Shown: positions 1-13,430, numbered from the stretch's first letter. The stretch: 64,000 bases of DNA from Ignavibacteriota bacterium (GCA_963801355.1 CAWDEM010000004.1:288001-352000), one strand, 5' to 3'. Numbers and translations are program-made. The notes: generated by a model not told the origin, from the letters alone.

Positions 1-1
1 G

Positions 2-142
2 CTGGGCCCCTCTACGATGCTTGACGTGGCATATGCACGAGGGTGGTGGGAGACATTTCGAACGAACTACGACGTCAGCTCGCTGACGGACGAGAAGCTG
101 ACCACCAATACCGTATTGGCCACCTTCTCGTACCGCTTCTAG
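2..142 (+). CDS. 3' fragment of a probable outer-membrane beta-barrel protein (partial)
   Basis: Open frame from the window edge, LGPSTMLDVAYARGWW...NTVLATFSYRF*. It ends in an alternating beta-strand with a terminal Phe. Confidence 0.6.
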   Translation: MGPSTMLDVAYARGWWETFRTNYDVSSLTDEKLTTNTVLATFSYRF

Positions 143-154
143 CAATCCGGTTGT

Positions 155-183
155 TTGCAACAGTACGGGCGATTCTCTATATT
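155..183 (+). promoter_or_regulatory. Putative sigma70 promoter for the acylase-cobB-pyk operon
   Basis: TTGCAA(155-160)-17 nt-TATATT(178-183). Confidence 0.55.
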
Positions 184-242
184 GAAGTCCGCCACGCGAA
201 AGCGCGGCGGACTTCGTGCTTTTCCCCACCCCGGAGTACCAC

Positions 243-2660
243 GTGAGCAGGCGGCTGAAAATCCTCATCGGCATCAGTGGCGTCGTCATCGTTGTTTCCG
301 TCGCGCTATTCGCATTCGTCCGCTACCAGCTCACCAAGTCTTTCCCGCTCACCACAGGGTCTGTCTCGCTGAAGGACGTCCAACAACAGGTTGATGTGTA
401 CCGTGACGACTATGGTGTGCCGCATGTCTCGGCCCGGAATGAACGGGATGCTCTCTTTGCGATGGGGTTCGTCCATGCACAGGATCGCCTCTGGCAAATG
501 GACTTCCAGAGGCGCGCAGGGGCGGGGCGCCTCTCGGAAATCGTGGGCATCGGTGCACTCCCGTTTGACCGGATGTTCCGTATTGTCGGACTGCAACGGA
601 TTGCCGTTGAAATCGAACGGAATCTTTCCGAACAGACCCGCAATGACCTGCAGGCATACTCCGAGGGTGTCAATGCCTGGTGCGCGCTGTCGGAGGGTAC
701 ACTGCCGATCGAATTCGACCTCCTGCGCTACGACCCAGAACCATGGACACCGGTTGACTGCATTCTCATCGGCCGGCTGCTTGCATGGGAACTCAATCTG
801 TCGTGGTGGACAGACATTACCTACGGGACTCTGGTTGCCCGGTTGGGCCGGGATACCGTGGCCCAGATACTCCCATCATTTCCCCCATCAGTACCGCCGC
901 AGGTTCCTGCTGACGAATGGCATCGCTATGCGGCCGCCCTGCACGACTATCTCACGACGTCACAGCAATATCTCGCCTATTGCGGACGGCCGCTCCCCGG
1001 CAGTGGAAGCAATGCATGGGTCATCGGTCCGCACCGCTCGGAGACAGGCCGGGTGATTCTCGCGAACGATACGCATCTTCACCTGACACAACCCCCGCAA
1101 TGGTATGAGATCGGTGTGCGCGCACCCGGTCTGACGGTTCACGGGATGTCCGTGCCCGGCGTCCCGGGCATTGTCGCCGGCAGAAATGACTCGATCGCCT
1201 GGGGGATTACCAATCTCATGGCTGACGACGCGGACTTCTTTATTGAGCGGATCAATGAAGTTGACAACACCTACTGGTATGAAGACGCCTGGCGCCCTCT
1301 CAACGTGCGTGAGGAAGAAATCACCGTTCGCGGAGACACTTCGGTCATACTGCGCATTCGCGCGACGGCGAACGGACCCATCGTCACGGACATCCGCACT
1401 CCTCTGAATCGCGCGACCCCGCCCTTTGTGGCGAGCATGCGATGGGTCGGAGCAGAGATGGACGACCAGGTGGGCGCATTCCTGCGGATCAACCGCGCAC
1501 ACAATTGGACCGGGTTCCTCGAAGCGCTAAAGGGCTATGCTCTCCCGGGCCAGAATTTCGTGTACGGAGATGCGCGGGGAAACATCGGCTATTGCTGTGC
1601 TGCCCGTCTCCCGATCCGGGGATCCGGGCGCGGGCTCCTGCCGGGAGCCGGATGGGACCGGGCTGCGGGATGGAAAGGCTTTGTGCCGTTCGACCGGCTT
1701 CCGCACATCTTCAACCCGCCTGACGGATATATCGCGAGCGCCAACAACAAGACCGTCGACGATTCCTACCCGTACTATATCGGTGACCTCTGGGAACCAC
1801 CGTCCAGGATTGAGCGCCTCCGTTCCCTCTTTGACGTTCCCGACAGCAAGATCTCCATTCATGATTGCCAGCAGATCCAGAATGATACGTTTTCACCTCT
1901 GGCCAAGGAACTGGCTCCATTCCTCCTGGCTGCCGCTGCCGACAGCGTGATCGGTGACGGCCTGGGGGGGCGGGTGCGTGAGTACCTGACGAACTGGGAT
2001 TTTCGCTTCACGGAAAACGACATTGCCAGCTCGATCTATCATGAGTTCCTGCTGCAGCTCGTCAGGAATATTTTCCTCGACGAAATGGGTGAAGATCTCT
2101 TTCACGACTTTACGATGCTGGTGAATGTTCCGTTACGGGTGACAGCCAGGCTGGTGAAGGAAGGGACGTCCGTCTGGTTTGATGATGTCCGGACGCCTGC
2201 TGTTGAGACGCGGGATGACATCCTCCGGCGGAGCGCCGGGGAGGCCATCCGTGATCTCATCGCGCGGGCAGGCGATGATCCACGATTGTGGCGGTGGGGA
2301 AGTATGCATACGGTCACACTCCAGCATATCTTCGGGCTGCAGACGCCGCTGGACAAGGTGTTCAATATCGGACCATTTCCCTATCCGGGGGCATCTACTG
2401 CCCTGATGAGCGGTGAGTACAGCTTTACTGCACCGTTTGCCGTGACCGTTGGGGCATCGTTCCGCCAGATCTTTTCGTTTGCGGATTCCGTGACACACCT
2501 GGCCGTCCTGCCGTCCGGAGAATCGGGCCAGGTGTACCATCCCCATTACGATGATCAGACATCGCTGTGGCTGCACGGAGCGTACCGCACGGTTGTCCGG
2601 CAGCCGGGCAGTCATCCCGGCGACCACCTTCGTCTCCTTCCGGCGGGGGCTGCGCAATGA
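243..2660 (+). CDS. Penicillin acylase family Ntn-hydrolase (peptidase S45), membrane-anchored
   Basis: N-terminal TM helix, RDDYGVPH, AQDRLWQMD, GSNAW catalytic Ser, ANDTHL, SANNK. GTG start after GGAG. Confidence 0.93.
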   Translation: MSRRLKILIGISGVVIVVSVALFAFVRYQLTKSFPLTTGSVSLKDVQQQVDVYRDDYGVPHVSARNERDALFAMGFVHAQDRLWQMDFQRRAGAGRLSEIVGIGALPFDRMFRIVGLQRIAVEIERNLSEQTRNDLQAYSEGVNAWCALSEGTLPIEFDLLRYDPEPWTPVDCILIGRLLAWELNLSWWTDITYGTLVARLGRDTVAQILPSFPPSVPPQVPADEWHRYAAALHDYLTTSQQYLAYCGRPLPGSGSNAWVIGPHRSETGRVILANDTHLHLTQPPQWYEIGVRAPGLTVHGMSVPGVPGIVAGRNDSIAWGITNLMADDADFFIERINEVDNTYWYEDAWRPLNVREEEITVRGDTSVILRIRATANGPIVTDIRTPLNRATPPFVASMRWVGAEMDDQVGAFLRINRAHNWTGFLEALKGYALPGQNFVYGDARGNIGYCCAARLPIRGSGRGLLPGAGWDRAAGWKGFVPFDRLPHIFNPPDGYIASANNKTVDDSYPYYIGDLWEPPSRIERLRSLFDVPDSKISIHDCQQIQNDTFSPLAKELAPFLLAAAADSVIGDGLGGRVREYLTNWDFRFTENDIASSIYHEFLLQLVRNIFLDEMGEDLFHDFTMLVNVPLRVTARLVKEGTSVWFDDVRTPAVETRDDILRRSAGEAIRDLIARAGDDPRLWRWGSMHTVTLQHIFGLQTPLDKVFNIGPFPYPGASTALMSGEYSFTAPFAVTVGASFRQIFSFADSVTHLAVLPSGESGQVYHPHYDDQTSLWLHGAYRTVVRQPGSHPGDHLRLLPAGAAQ

Positions 2661-3409
2661 TTATTGCGGATCGTCTGCATCGCTGCCTTGCAGAAGCCCC
2701 GTGCATCGTGGCATTCACCGGGGCGGGGATATCCGCAGAAAGCGGTGTGCCGACATTCCGGGGCGCGGATGGCATCTGGAATACCATGCGTCCGGAGGAA
2801 CTCGCCAGCATGGAAGGATTTCTCCGCAATCCGCGGCTTGTGTGGGAGTGGTACGCATACCGGAAACGCATTATCGCGGACGTGCAGCCGAATGCGGGAC
2901 ACTATGCGCTGGCCCGGATGGAGAAACTGGTGCCGGATTTTACGGTGATCACGCAGAACATCGATAACCTCCACCGCCGTGCAGGCAGTACCCGGGTGCA
3001 TGAATTGCACGGGAATATCGAGCGGAATTACTGTAGCACATGCGGGCGCACGTATTCCAACGAAGAAGTGCTGCAGGCCGCCGGAGTTCCCCGCTGTGCC
3101 TCGTGCAACGGCAACATCCGGCCCGATGTCGTGTGGTTTGGCGAACTGCTGCCCGATGACCAATGGGAGGCCTCGGTGCGCGCATCGGAATCCGCTTCGT
3201 TGTTCCTCTCCATCGGCACGTCTGCGGTCGTGTATCCGGCGGCTTCACTGCCGGTGATGGCGAAAGCGCATGGAGCATACCTTGTAGAAGTCAACCCTGA
3301 GCCGACACCGCTCACCGAGCGTGCCGACGAGTTCCTGCAGGGGCCGGCCGGAACCATACTGCCGGAATTGTGTGACCTCATGTATGAAGCCCGAAAGGTA
3401 TTGCCGTGA
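2657..3409 (+). CDS. cobB: NAD-dependent protein deacylase (sirtuin, class III-like)
   Basis: GAGISAESGVPTFRG, TQNIDNLH, HG, two CxxC zinc motifs, RPDVVWFGE, GTS, YxxR desuccinylase motif (WYAYR). ATGA overlap with the upstream gene. Confidence 0.93.
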   Translation: MIIADRLHRCLAEAPCIVAFTGAGISAESGVPTFRGADGIWNTMRPEELASMEGFLRNPRLVWEWYAYRKRIIADVQPNAGHYALARMEKLVPDFTVITQNIDNLHRRAGSTRVHELHGNIERNYCSTCGRTYSNEEVLQAAGVPRCASCNGNIRPDVVWFGELLPDDQWEASVRASESASLFLSIGTSAVVYPAASLPVMAKAHGAYLVEVNPEPTPLTERADEFLQGPAGTILPELCDLMYEARKVLP

Positions 3410-4845
3410 AAATCCTTCCCGGAAAAGCACGTATCGTCTGTACGCTGGGTCCTTCTTCCCGAGAACCGGCCATATTGTCCAGGATGACGGAAGCCGGCAT
3501 GGATGTCGCACGATTGAACTTCTCCCATGGTTCCCACGACGATCACGCGCGCCTGATTACCGGCGTGCGGAACACCGCTCAGGAAGCGGGTGTGCCTCTC
3601 TGTATCATGCAGGACCTTCAGGGCCCGAAGATCCGCATTGGCGCCCTTGCTGATGGTTCTGTGGAACTGGTTGCGGGAAAGACTGTCGTGATCACCACCG
3701 ACCCCTGCCCGGGAAGCGCCGAACGGGTGCCGACCTCGTTTCTGAGCCTGCCGCACAATGTGCATACGGGGGACACCGTCCTTCTGGACGACGGGAAAAT
3801 ACGCCTGACGGTGCTGACCACGTCGGAGAAGGATGTCACGTGCGAGGTGAACGTCGGAGGGAAGCTCAGTTCACGGAAGGGGATCAACCTGCCGGGCGTC
3901 GCCTTGAGCATCCCCTCGCTCACGCTGAAAGACCTGGAGGATCTGGCGTTCGGCATTAAGAACGAAGTGGATTATACCGCGCTGTCGTTTGTCCGGTCCG
4001 CCGACGACGTGCGTGCCCTGCGCAGAGCCATCGAGCAATGTGCGGGGCCCGGGACGTACCATCCTGTGGTTGCGAAGATTGAGAAACCGCAGGCGCTTCT
4101 CAACATCGATGATATTATTGCCGAAGCGGATGGCATCATGGTCGCCCGGGGAGATCTCGGGGTAGAAATCTCACCCGAAGAGGTGCCCCTGCATCAGAAA
4201 CGCATCATCGCCAAGTGCAACCGCGCGGGCAAGCCTGTCATCGTTGCAACACAGATGTTCGAATCAATGATTGTCAATCCCGTGCCGACCCGGGCGGAAG
4301 CCAGTGACGCGGCAAATGCGGTGCTCGACGGTGCGGATGCGGTGATGCTCAGCGGCGAGACCTCCATCGGCGCATACCCCGTGGAAGCCGTCGCGATGAT
4401 GACCCGTATCATTCACAACGTGGAGAACGAGGCGGGACGTGCATGGCAATCAACGCACACCGCTCCGGAGGATGAGCCGGATTACCATGAGGCGCTTGGC
4501 AAAGCGGCGTGTGCGCTGGCGGAGCAGATTCACGCCGCGGCAATCGTCACCGTGACCCAGAGCGGCATGACGGCACGTATCGTCGCCCATTACCGTCCGC
4601 GAACCCCGATCGTCGCCGTGACCAACTCCGAGGCGACTCTGCGCCGCCTGAATCTCGTGTGGGGCGTCAACGGGCTTCTCGTGGACCAGGTGTTTCCCGA
4701 TTCGGACCGTACGCTGCGTGCCGTGGAAGATCGCCTTGCAGCGGAAGGAGTGTTGCACAGCGGGGAGATCTATGTGCTGATAGCCGGTCAACCGCTCTTC
4801 GCCGGCGGCAGGACGAATCTCATCAAAGTGGAATACAGAAGATAG
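3406..4845 (+). CDS. pyk: Pyruvate kinase
   Basis: IVCTLGPSS, ARLNFSHG, DLQGPKIR, AKIE, MVARGDLGVE, ATQMFESM, DAVMLSGET. Confidence 0.97.
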   Translation: MKILPGKARIVCTLGPSSREPAILSRMTEAGMDVARLNFSHGSHDDHARLITGVRNTAQEAGVPLCIMQDLQGPKIRIGALADGSVELVAGKTVVITTDPCPGSAERVPTSFLSLPHNVHTGDTVLLDDGKIRLTVLTTSEKDVTCEVNVGGKLSSRKGINLPGVALSIPSLTLKDLEDLAFGIKNEVDYTALSFVRSADDVRALRRAIEQCAGPGTYHPVVAKIEKPQALLNIDDIIAEADGIMVARGDLGVEISPEEVPLHQKRIIAKCNRAGKPVIVATQMFESMIVNPVPTRAEASDAANAVLDGADAVMLSGETSIGAYPVEAVAMMTRIIHNVENEAGRAWQSTHTAPEDEPDYHEALGKAACALAEQIHAAAIVTVTQSGMTARIVAHYRPRTPIVAVTNSEATLRRLNLVWGVNGLLVDQVFPDSDRTLRAVEDRLAAEGVLHSGEIYVLIAGQPLFAGGRTNLIKVEYRR

Positions 4846-4848
4846 CGA

Positions 4849-5187
4849 TTATCGCGATCCGCGTGTCTTCTTGTGCGGTGTGTCCTCGATCTCGAAAACA
4901 CGATCGAGCATCGAGATTTTCAGCAGGCTCAAGACTTTCTTGTGCACGTTGAGCAGGCGGACTTTTCCTTCGTGTTCCTTCATTTTGCGCTCGGCGATCA
5001 ACAACGCGCTCAATCCGCTGCTGTCACAGAATTCCACCTGCGTCAGATCCACCGTCAGAGTCTTCACTTTGGGAGTGCAGAGGATCAGGAACTCGCCCTT
5101 GAGTTCTCCCGCGACGGCAGAGTCCAGCTTCTTCTCCCTGACGGTGAGTGTTACCGCTGTTCCGTTGCTCTGTGTATCGAACTTCAT
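4849..5187 (-). CDS. STAS-domain anti-sigma factor antagonist
   Basis: VDLTQVEFCDSSGLSALL (conserved DSSG phospho-Ser), about 112 aa. Confidence 0.9.
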   Translation of the reverse strand: MKFDTQSNGTAVTLTVREKKLDSAVAGELKGEFLILCTPKVKTLTVDLTQVEFCDSSGLSALLIAERKMKEHEGKVRLLNVHKKVLSLLKISMLDRVFEIEDTPHKKTRGSR

Positions 5188-5209
5188 GCATCTCCCTTTC
5201 ACCGCTGCC

Positions 5210-5743
5210 CTAAAACATCTTCAGGCACGCTGCAAACCGATCGTAGAGCGCACCGCTGCGCGCCGCGTCGGGTTGCATCTGGAAATTATAAAAAAGACCC
5301 GCACCGTTTCGTGCAAATCCTATCCGCACGCGTGCATTGCTTTCCCTACAAATATATGCCGAGGGAAGGAGAGAGTCAAGGTTCAGGTCGATGGCGACGT
5401 CGTATGTGCGCTCGGCGATGCGTTGCGTAATCTCGCGTGACGGACAAAAGAGCCATCCGGTGGTAGCGGGACTCATGCGCACCACCACGCTGCGGGGAAA
5501 GAGGGCCGCGGCACCGGCATCATGTTCCCCGGCGACGATCGTCACCCGCTCATCGGCAAAGTGGGAGCGCACGAGGTCGATGACCGGCGCCGGCGACTCT
5601 GCCGTCGGTGTCAGGGGGAGAATCAAGAGGGCGTGTGTGCCCGTCGAGATCAGGTCGGTGAACGAAATGATGGTGTCGTGCGTCCGGCGGAAGTGCCAGC
5701 GCGCCATTCCGACACCAAGAGAACGACGAACAGATTCGAGCAT
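5210..5743 (-). CDS. Conserved hypothetical protein resembling a GT9 N-terminal half
   Basis: YDVAIDLN...SNARVRIGF motif; packed between ligA and the STAS gene. Confidence 0.65.
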   Translation of the reverse strand: MLESVRRSLGVGMARWHFRRTHDTIISFTDLISTGTHALLILPLTPTAESPAPVIDLVRSHFADERVTIVAGEHDAGAAALFPRSVVVRMSPATTGWLFCPSREITQRIAERTYDVAIDLNLDSLLPSAYICRESNARVRIGFARNGAGLFYNFQMQPDAARSGALYDRFAACLKMF

Positions 5744-5746
5744 GCG

Positions 5747-8561
<2,815 letters not shown>

Positions 8562-8565
<4 letters not shown>

Positions 8566-10808
8566 GGCGTCGCTTCCTTTTCCTGGAAAGTGCGCTGGTC
8601 GAGCACTTTGCGCACTTTGAATGCCAGCGTTTCGATTTGAAACGGTTTTTGTACGAAGCCATTGACCTCACTTGAGAACCGGGGCGTATCAGCGGCGCCT
8701 CTGCCGTACCCGGTGACGATCAGTACGCGGACATAGGGATTGATGGCGCGTAGATGTTCGAAGGCTTCGGTACCGGACATCACCGGCATGTTGATATCAA
8801 GGAGGATGAGATCGACGCTTGCCCTGCGCGTGCGGTAAAAGTCGACTCCTTCCTGTCCGTCGTGGGCGATGTACACGGTGTATCCCAGTGATGTGAGAAG
8901 ATCCTGGGCGATTTCACAGACCGGTGGTTCGTCGTCGATCACGAGAATATTTTCCGTTCCCCGCGGGAGGCGTTGCGGACGTTTCCGCGCGCCGCCGGGT
9001 ACGACAGCGGAGTGGCGGGGAAGGAACAGGGAAAACGTGGTTCCATGCCCTTCGCTGCTCTCCAGCGTGATATAGCCGCCGTGGTTCTGCAGGACGCCGT
9101 AGACCACAGAGAGCCCCAATCCCGTGCCGTTATCTTTCGTGGTAAAAAAAGGCTCAAAAATGCGGTCCTGTATCTCGCGGGGAATACCCCGGCCCGTATC
9201 CGTGATGCGGATTTCGACAAACGGTCCGGTGAGGTTTGCCGGGGCACCCGGCGGGGGAGCGGTGCCGGGAACGGGAAACGTCGCGATTGTCAGCACCCCC
9301 TTTTCGGGCATCGCATCGCGCGCATTCAGGAAGAGGTTGAGGAGTGCTTGCTGGATCTGACCATCGTCGCCGTTCACGGTGATCGGGTCGGGAAAGAGAT
9401 TGGTGTGCACCGTGATGTCTTTCGTTACGCTGCGCTGGTACAGATCCAGAGTTTCATGGATGAGTGCATGGATGTCCACGGGGGCGGCGATCGTTTCCGT
9501 CTTCCGCGCAAAGGTCAGCAGCTGGCGTGTCAGGGAAGATCCGCGGCGTGCGCTGGACTCAATGATCTCGACGTACTTTGCCAGCCGGACGCGGTCGCTC
9601 AGATGCCGCCGCATGATGGAGGCGGAGCCCATAATCGCCGCAAGGATGTTGTTGAAGTCATGGGCAATCCCCCCCGCGAGATTGCCGATGCTGTCAATCT
9701 TCTGTGCATGCAGCAGTGCACCTTCCATCTTCTTGCGTTCGGTGATGTCGCGGGCGACGATGCGCGCCGTGCGGACGGCCCCGGTGTCATCGAAGACCAG
9801 CGAGGAGTTCAACAGCACGGCAAGACGTGTTCCCCGCGGGGAGACGACATGTTCTTCCATATCCTTCAACACACGGCTTTCGGCGAACATACGGTCGACC
9901 ATCTGGCGCACGATCTCCGCACGCGCGGGGTCGAACAGGCACTCGAATGGCTTGCCGAGGAGGGTCTGTGCGGTGATGCCGAGCATTTCCGCGCCCGAGC
10001 GATTGCAGCCCACGATGGCGTGGTGCCGGTCGACGCTCAGATACAGATCCGGTGCATTTTCAAAGAGATCAGCATACTGGTGTTCCGATTGCCGCAGGCG
10101 ATCGAACAGCAACGCATTGTGAATGGCAATACTGACCGTGTTGCTGATAGCTTCAACAAGCTCCGCCTGCTTGGGCGCAAAGAGGGCGTAGGAACTTCCC
10201 GCGATGACGAGAACGCCGGCAATGGTCTCCTTGGTCCGCAGCGGGATGGACGTCCATGACTGGATCCCCAGTTTCTTCAACGGGGGAGGGATATGTCCAC
10301 CGTGCTCGCGCAACCGTTCCCGGGCAATGCGTGGTTGGTCGAGCCACAACGCGGCCGGCTCGCCGGGGAGCGATGCATGAGCGAGAAAGTCGATTGCCGG
10401 TTCCGTGGCACTGTGCAATACGAGCGTCTCTCCTTCGAGGAGGTAGATCCAGCCCCAGCGGGCGTTCAGCACAGACGTCATGTTGGCGAGCGCCGTGCTG
10501 AGGACTTCGTCAAGGGGAACGCTGCGGTTGACGGCGTGAGCGACGGTATTGATCGCAATAAGCTGACGGCGCTGGTCGTCCAGGCGGCGATAGTTCAGGA
10601 CGGAAAAGTAAACGCTGGTAAACCCGATAAGGCCCACGGCGAGGATACTGATAAAATCCATGAAGCGTGGGGCCTGCCCTGTGGCCGCCATTGCGCTGAG
10701 GATGGTCGCCAGTGTAACGACGACGGCGGTGGAAGCCACTATCTGCGCCTGCTCAACCGGCCCGAGACCGCGGAAAAATCTGCGCACGCTGGTGACGGGA
10801 TTCAACAT
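8562..10808 (-). CDS. Hybrid sensor histidine kinase (2TM-GAF-PAS-HisKA-HATPase-REC)
   Basis: AGGIAHDFNNIL H-box, NARDA, DTGRG, FFTTK, GTGLGL, receiver LVIDDE...LLDINMP...KPF. Confidence 0.93.
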
Positions 10809-10814
10809 AAACGC

Positions 10815-10843
10815 AATGTACAAAAGGGTGGTTTGACATTCAA
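10815..10843 (-). promoter_or_regulatory. Putative sigma70 promoter, likely giving a leaderless transcript
   Basis: TTGAAT-17-TACATT with the -10 element 6 nt upstream of ATG 10808. Confidence 0.55.
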
Positions 10844-10866
10844 TGAAGCGGCCCGGGTGCTCACCG

Positions 10867-10896
10867 AAAAAAAAGTCCCGTCGTGGCGACGGGACT
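10867..10896 (-). terminator. Rho-independent terminator of the HU gene
   Basis: AGTCCCGTCG-CCA-CGACGGGACT hairpin followed by a T-run. Confidence 0.85.
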
Positions 10897-10978
10897 CCTG
10901 AGAACGCACCGGAATATCGTTTGTTGCACCGGCAACAGACACTACGCGGCATTCATGGTGAATGCCACGGACAGCACC

Positions 10979-11272
10979 TTACACCTTCTTCAGCGGCAGC
11001 ACTGCTTCTTTGCAGGCTTTTGCCACGCGGAACTTCACGACCGTCTTGGCCGGAATCGAGATGGTCTCACCGGTTTTCGGATTGCGGCCGAGGCGTTCCT
11101 TGCGGTTCACCAGTACAAGTTTTCCGATTCCGGGCAACGTGAAGGTGTTCCTCGCTTCCTTGTATGCGAGGGATGCAAGTTCCTCAAATATTGAGGCAAC
11201 CACCTTCTTCTTCAAATCAAACTTGCCAGCAAAATGAGCAACGACCGCCGTCTTCGACATTGCTTTTGCCAT
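10979..11272 (-). CDS. HU family DNA-binding protein
   Basis: LPGIGKL...RKERLGRNPKTGETISIPAKTVVKFR. Confidence 0.93.
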   Translation of the reverse strand: MAKAMSKTAVVAHFAGKFDLKKKVVASIFEELASLAYKEARNTFTLPGIGKLVLVNRKERLGRNPKTGETISIPAKTVVKFRVAKACKEAVLPLKKV

Positions 11273-11341
11273 TGATCCTCCTGAACGTTTGTGGGAGTGC
11301 AAACATGCTCGGGGGGAAAGATAGTATATTCCCTTGATAAT

Positions 11342-13330
11342 TCAAACAAAAAAAGAATCCAGCGCCTCGGTACTTCCATCCGGGTTCATCACCTCCACCC
11401 GGCATCGGGGGAGGGCATCGAGGAAAAGCCTGCCGTACGGTTTTGTCATGACCCTGGTGTCAAGGATGCTGACGATGCCCTTGTCGGTCACTGTGCGGAT
11501 GAGCCTGCCGGCTCCCTGACGGAATTTCAGAATTGCTTCGGGAAGCGACAGGGCAAGAAAGGGATTTAACCCTCGGCGCTGGAGGTCCTCAAGCCGCGTT
11601 TCCATCAGAGGATGTGAAGGGACGGCAAAGGGAAGTCGTGTGATGACAACATGTTCCAGCGCTTCTCCTGGCACGTCTATCCCCATCCAGAAGCTGTCCA
11701 AACCAAACAGGACGGAAGTGACGTCGCGCCGGAACTCCTGCAGCAACGCATGCCGCCGGGCGTCGGCTCCTTGAACCAGGAGCGTAATCCCCAGATCCTC
11801 CAACCGGCCCGCCACTGCCCGTGCCGTAGCGTGCATGACTCTGGCGCTGGTGAACAGGACGAGCGCTTTGCCGTTTGTCGCTCTGATGCATTGCAGCACA
11901 GCATCCGGGAGTTGGAGCAGAAACGCGGGTGCATCCGGCTCCGGCAGGGAGCGGGTAACCCACACGCGCATCTGCCGGTCGTAGTCAAAGGGGGAATCCA
12001 GTATGAGGTCGCCGGCGGATTCAGCCCCGAGTCGTGCTTTGATATACTCAAGTGACCCATCCACGGCGAGCGTGGCACTTGTGAGAATTGTGGGCCCATG
12101 CTCGCCGAACAATCGCGGTGCAAGGAGATCATGAAGATCAAAAGGAGCAGTGCAGAGCGCCACGTTGTCGAGCGGCTTCGGGGCGATCTCCAGCCAGTAT
12201 GCGGAACGCGGATGGCCGAGTGCCATCACGTCCTCGAGGACGGCGAGGTCGCGTTCAAGGGACTGGCGCACGCCTGCAATTTCTTGTTTCCGGGTGGCGT
12301 CGTCGGCGCGATCCTCGAGTGATTCCACCCTGTCGAGCAGCTCCTTCAGGGCCGGGGAGAGTGTGTCGGCGACGATATGCGGTTCGCGCAGACGGATCTC
12401 GCGCTCGGCTCCTCCCGTTGTTCGCTGTCTGACCGCGTCCACAAAGAGTGCGAAGAACTCTTCAATGGAGTCTTCTGCCTGTCTGAACAGCGACACCATG
12501 CCGCGCGGCGCGGGAACAAGAAGTCCTCTCCGGGCCTTGCGGTGATACAGGCGATGGAGTGCCGCCAGCATTCCGCGGCGCGTAAGCTTCTGACCGAAGG
12601 CATTGCCCGCGGTCTGCTCGATCAGATGCGCCTCGTCGAGAACGGCAAAGTCATTTTCGAACAGAAACTGCTCCTCTGTCTGCCGCAGCGGTAACAGACT
12701 GAAGAACAGTGCATGATTCATCACCACGACCCGCGCGTGCCGCGCTCTCTCGCGGATTTGCTGATAGGAACACCGGGCACCGCAGGTGCGCGGAGAGCAA
12801 ATGCCGGGTTCAGAACAGACGGCATTCCAGATGTCGGGGCGCGGCACGAACGGGCAGCTGCTGATCTCGCCGTCAATGGATGTGCGCGCCCAGTCCGCCA
12901 GTCGCTCCAGTTCGCCGGTGACATCATCCACGAACAGCGCTCCCGCCGTTGAGAGCGCATTCTGAAGGCGGGTGCTGCAGATATAATTGCGTCTGCCCTT
13001 CAACGCAATCGCAGAGAAATCGGTTCCCAGCAGGGATCGCGCAAGCGGTATATCCTTGAGCAACAGCTGATCCTGCAGATTCTTTGTGTGTGTGGAGATG
13101 ACCGCGGTCCGGTTGTTGTCCAGCGCATGGAGGGCGGCCGGAAGGAGGTACGCAAGCGTTTTGCCGACGCCGGTCGGCGCTTCCACGATCAGATGCTGTG
13201 TCGTGTCGAGTGCGTGCGCGACGGCCCGGGCCATAGTGTGTTGTTGCTCGCGGTAGGAGAAACCGGGACGCTGTGACAGGGTGCCGCCGGCACCGAGAAT
13301 CCCGTCAAGTCCATCGGGTGTCATGATCAT
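11342..13330 (-). CDS. DinG/YoaA family ATP-dependent DNA helicase
   Basis: Q-motif REQQ, EAPTGVGKT, Fe-S Cys cluster, DEAH, SATL, FWMGIDVPG, QGAGRLIR. Start uncertain (13330 or 13324). Confidence 0.92.
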   Translation of the reverse strand: MIMTPDGLDGILGAGGTLSQRPGFSYREQQHTMARAVAHALDTTQHLIVEAPTGVGKTLAYLLPAALHALDNNRTAVISTHTKNLQDQLLLKDIPLARSLLGTDFSAIALKGRRNYICSTRLQNALSTAGALFVDDVTGELERLADWARTSIDGEISSCPFVPRPDIWNAVCSEPGICSPRTCGARCSYQQIRERARHARVVVMNHALFFSLLPLRQTEEQFLFENDFAVLDEAHLIEQTAGNAFGQKLTRRGMLAALHRLYHRKARRGLLVPAPRGMVSLFRQAEDSIEEFFALFVDAVRQRTTGGAEREIRLREPHIVADTLSPALKELLDRVESLEDRADDATRKQEIAGVRQSLERDLAVLEDVMALGHPRSAYWLEIAPKPLDNVALCTAPFDLHDLLAPRLFGEHGPTILTSATLAVDGSLEYIKARLGAESAGDLILDSPFDYDRQMRVWVTRSLPEPDAPAFLLQLPDAVLQCIRATNGKALVLFTSARVMHATARAVAGRLEDLGITLLVQGADARRHALLQEFRRDVTSVLFGLDSFWMGIDVPGEALEHVVITRLPFAVPSHPLMETRLEDLQRRGLNPFLALSLPEAILKFRQGAGRLIRTVTDKGIVSILDTRVMTKPYGRLFLDALPRCRVEVMNPDGSTEALDSFFV

Positions 13331-13430
13331 GTCACAGGAAAGTACGGAATTCCGCTCTTGAAATCGAACCACCGTAAGCTGTCATTTCAAACGCTGTCAT
13401 TTAAAATGCAAATGCGCTATACTTCGACCT

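Noticed and set aside
11342-13330. DinG as part of a type IV CRISPR or defence system
   Set aside because: It is a housekeeping YoaA-like helicase with no cas or defence neighbours.
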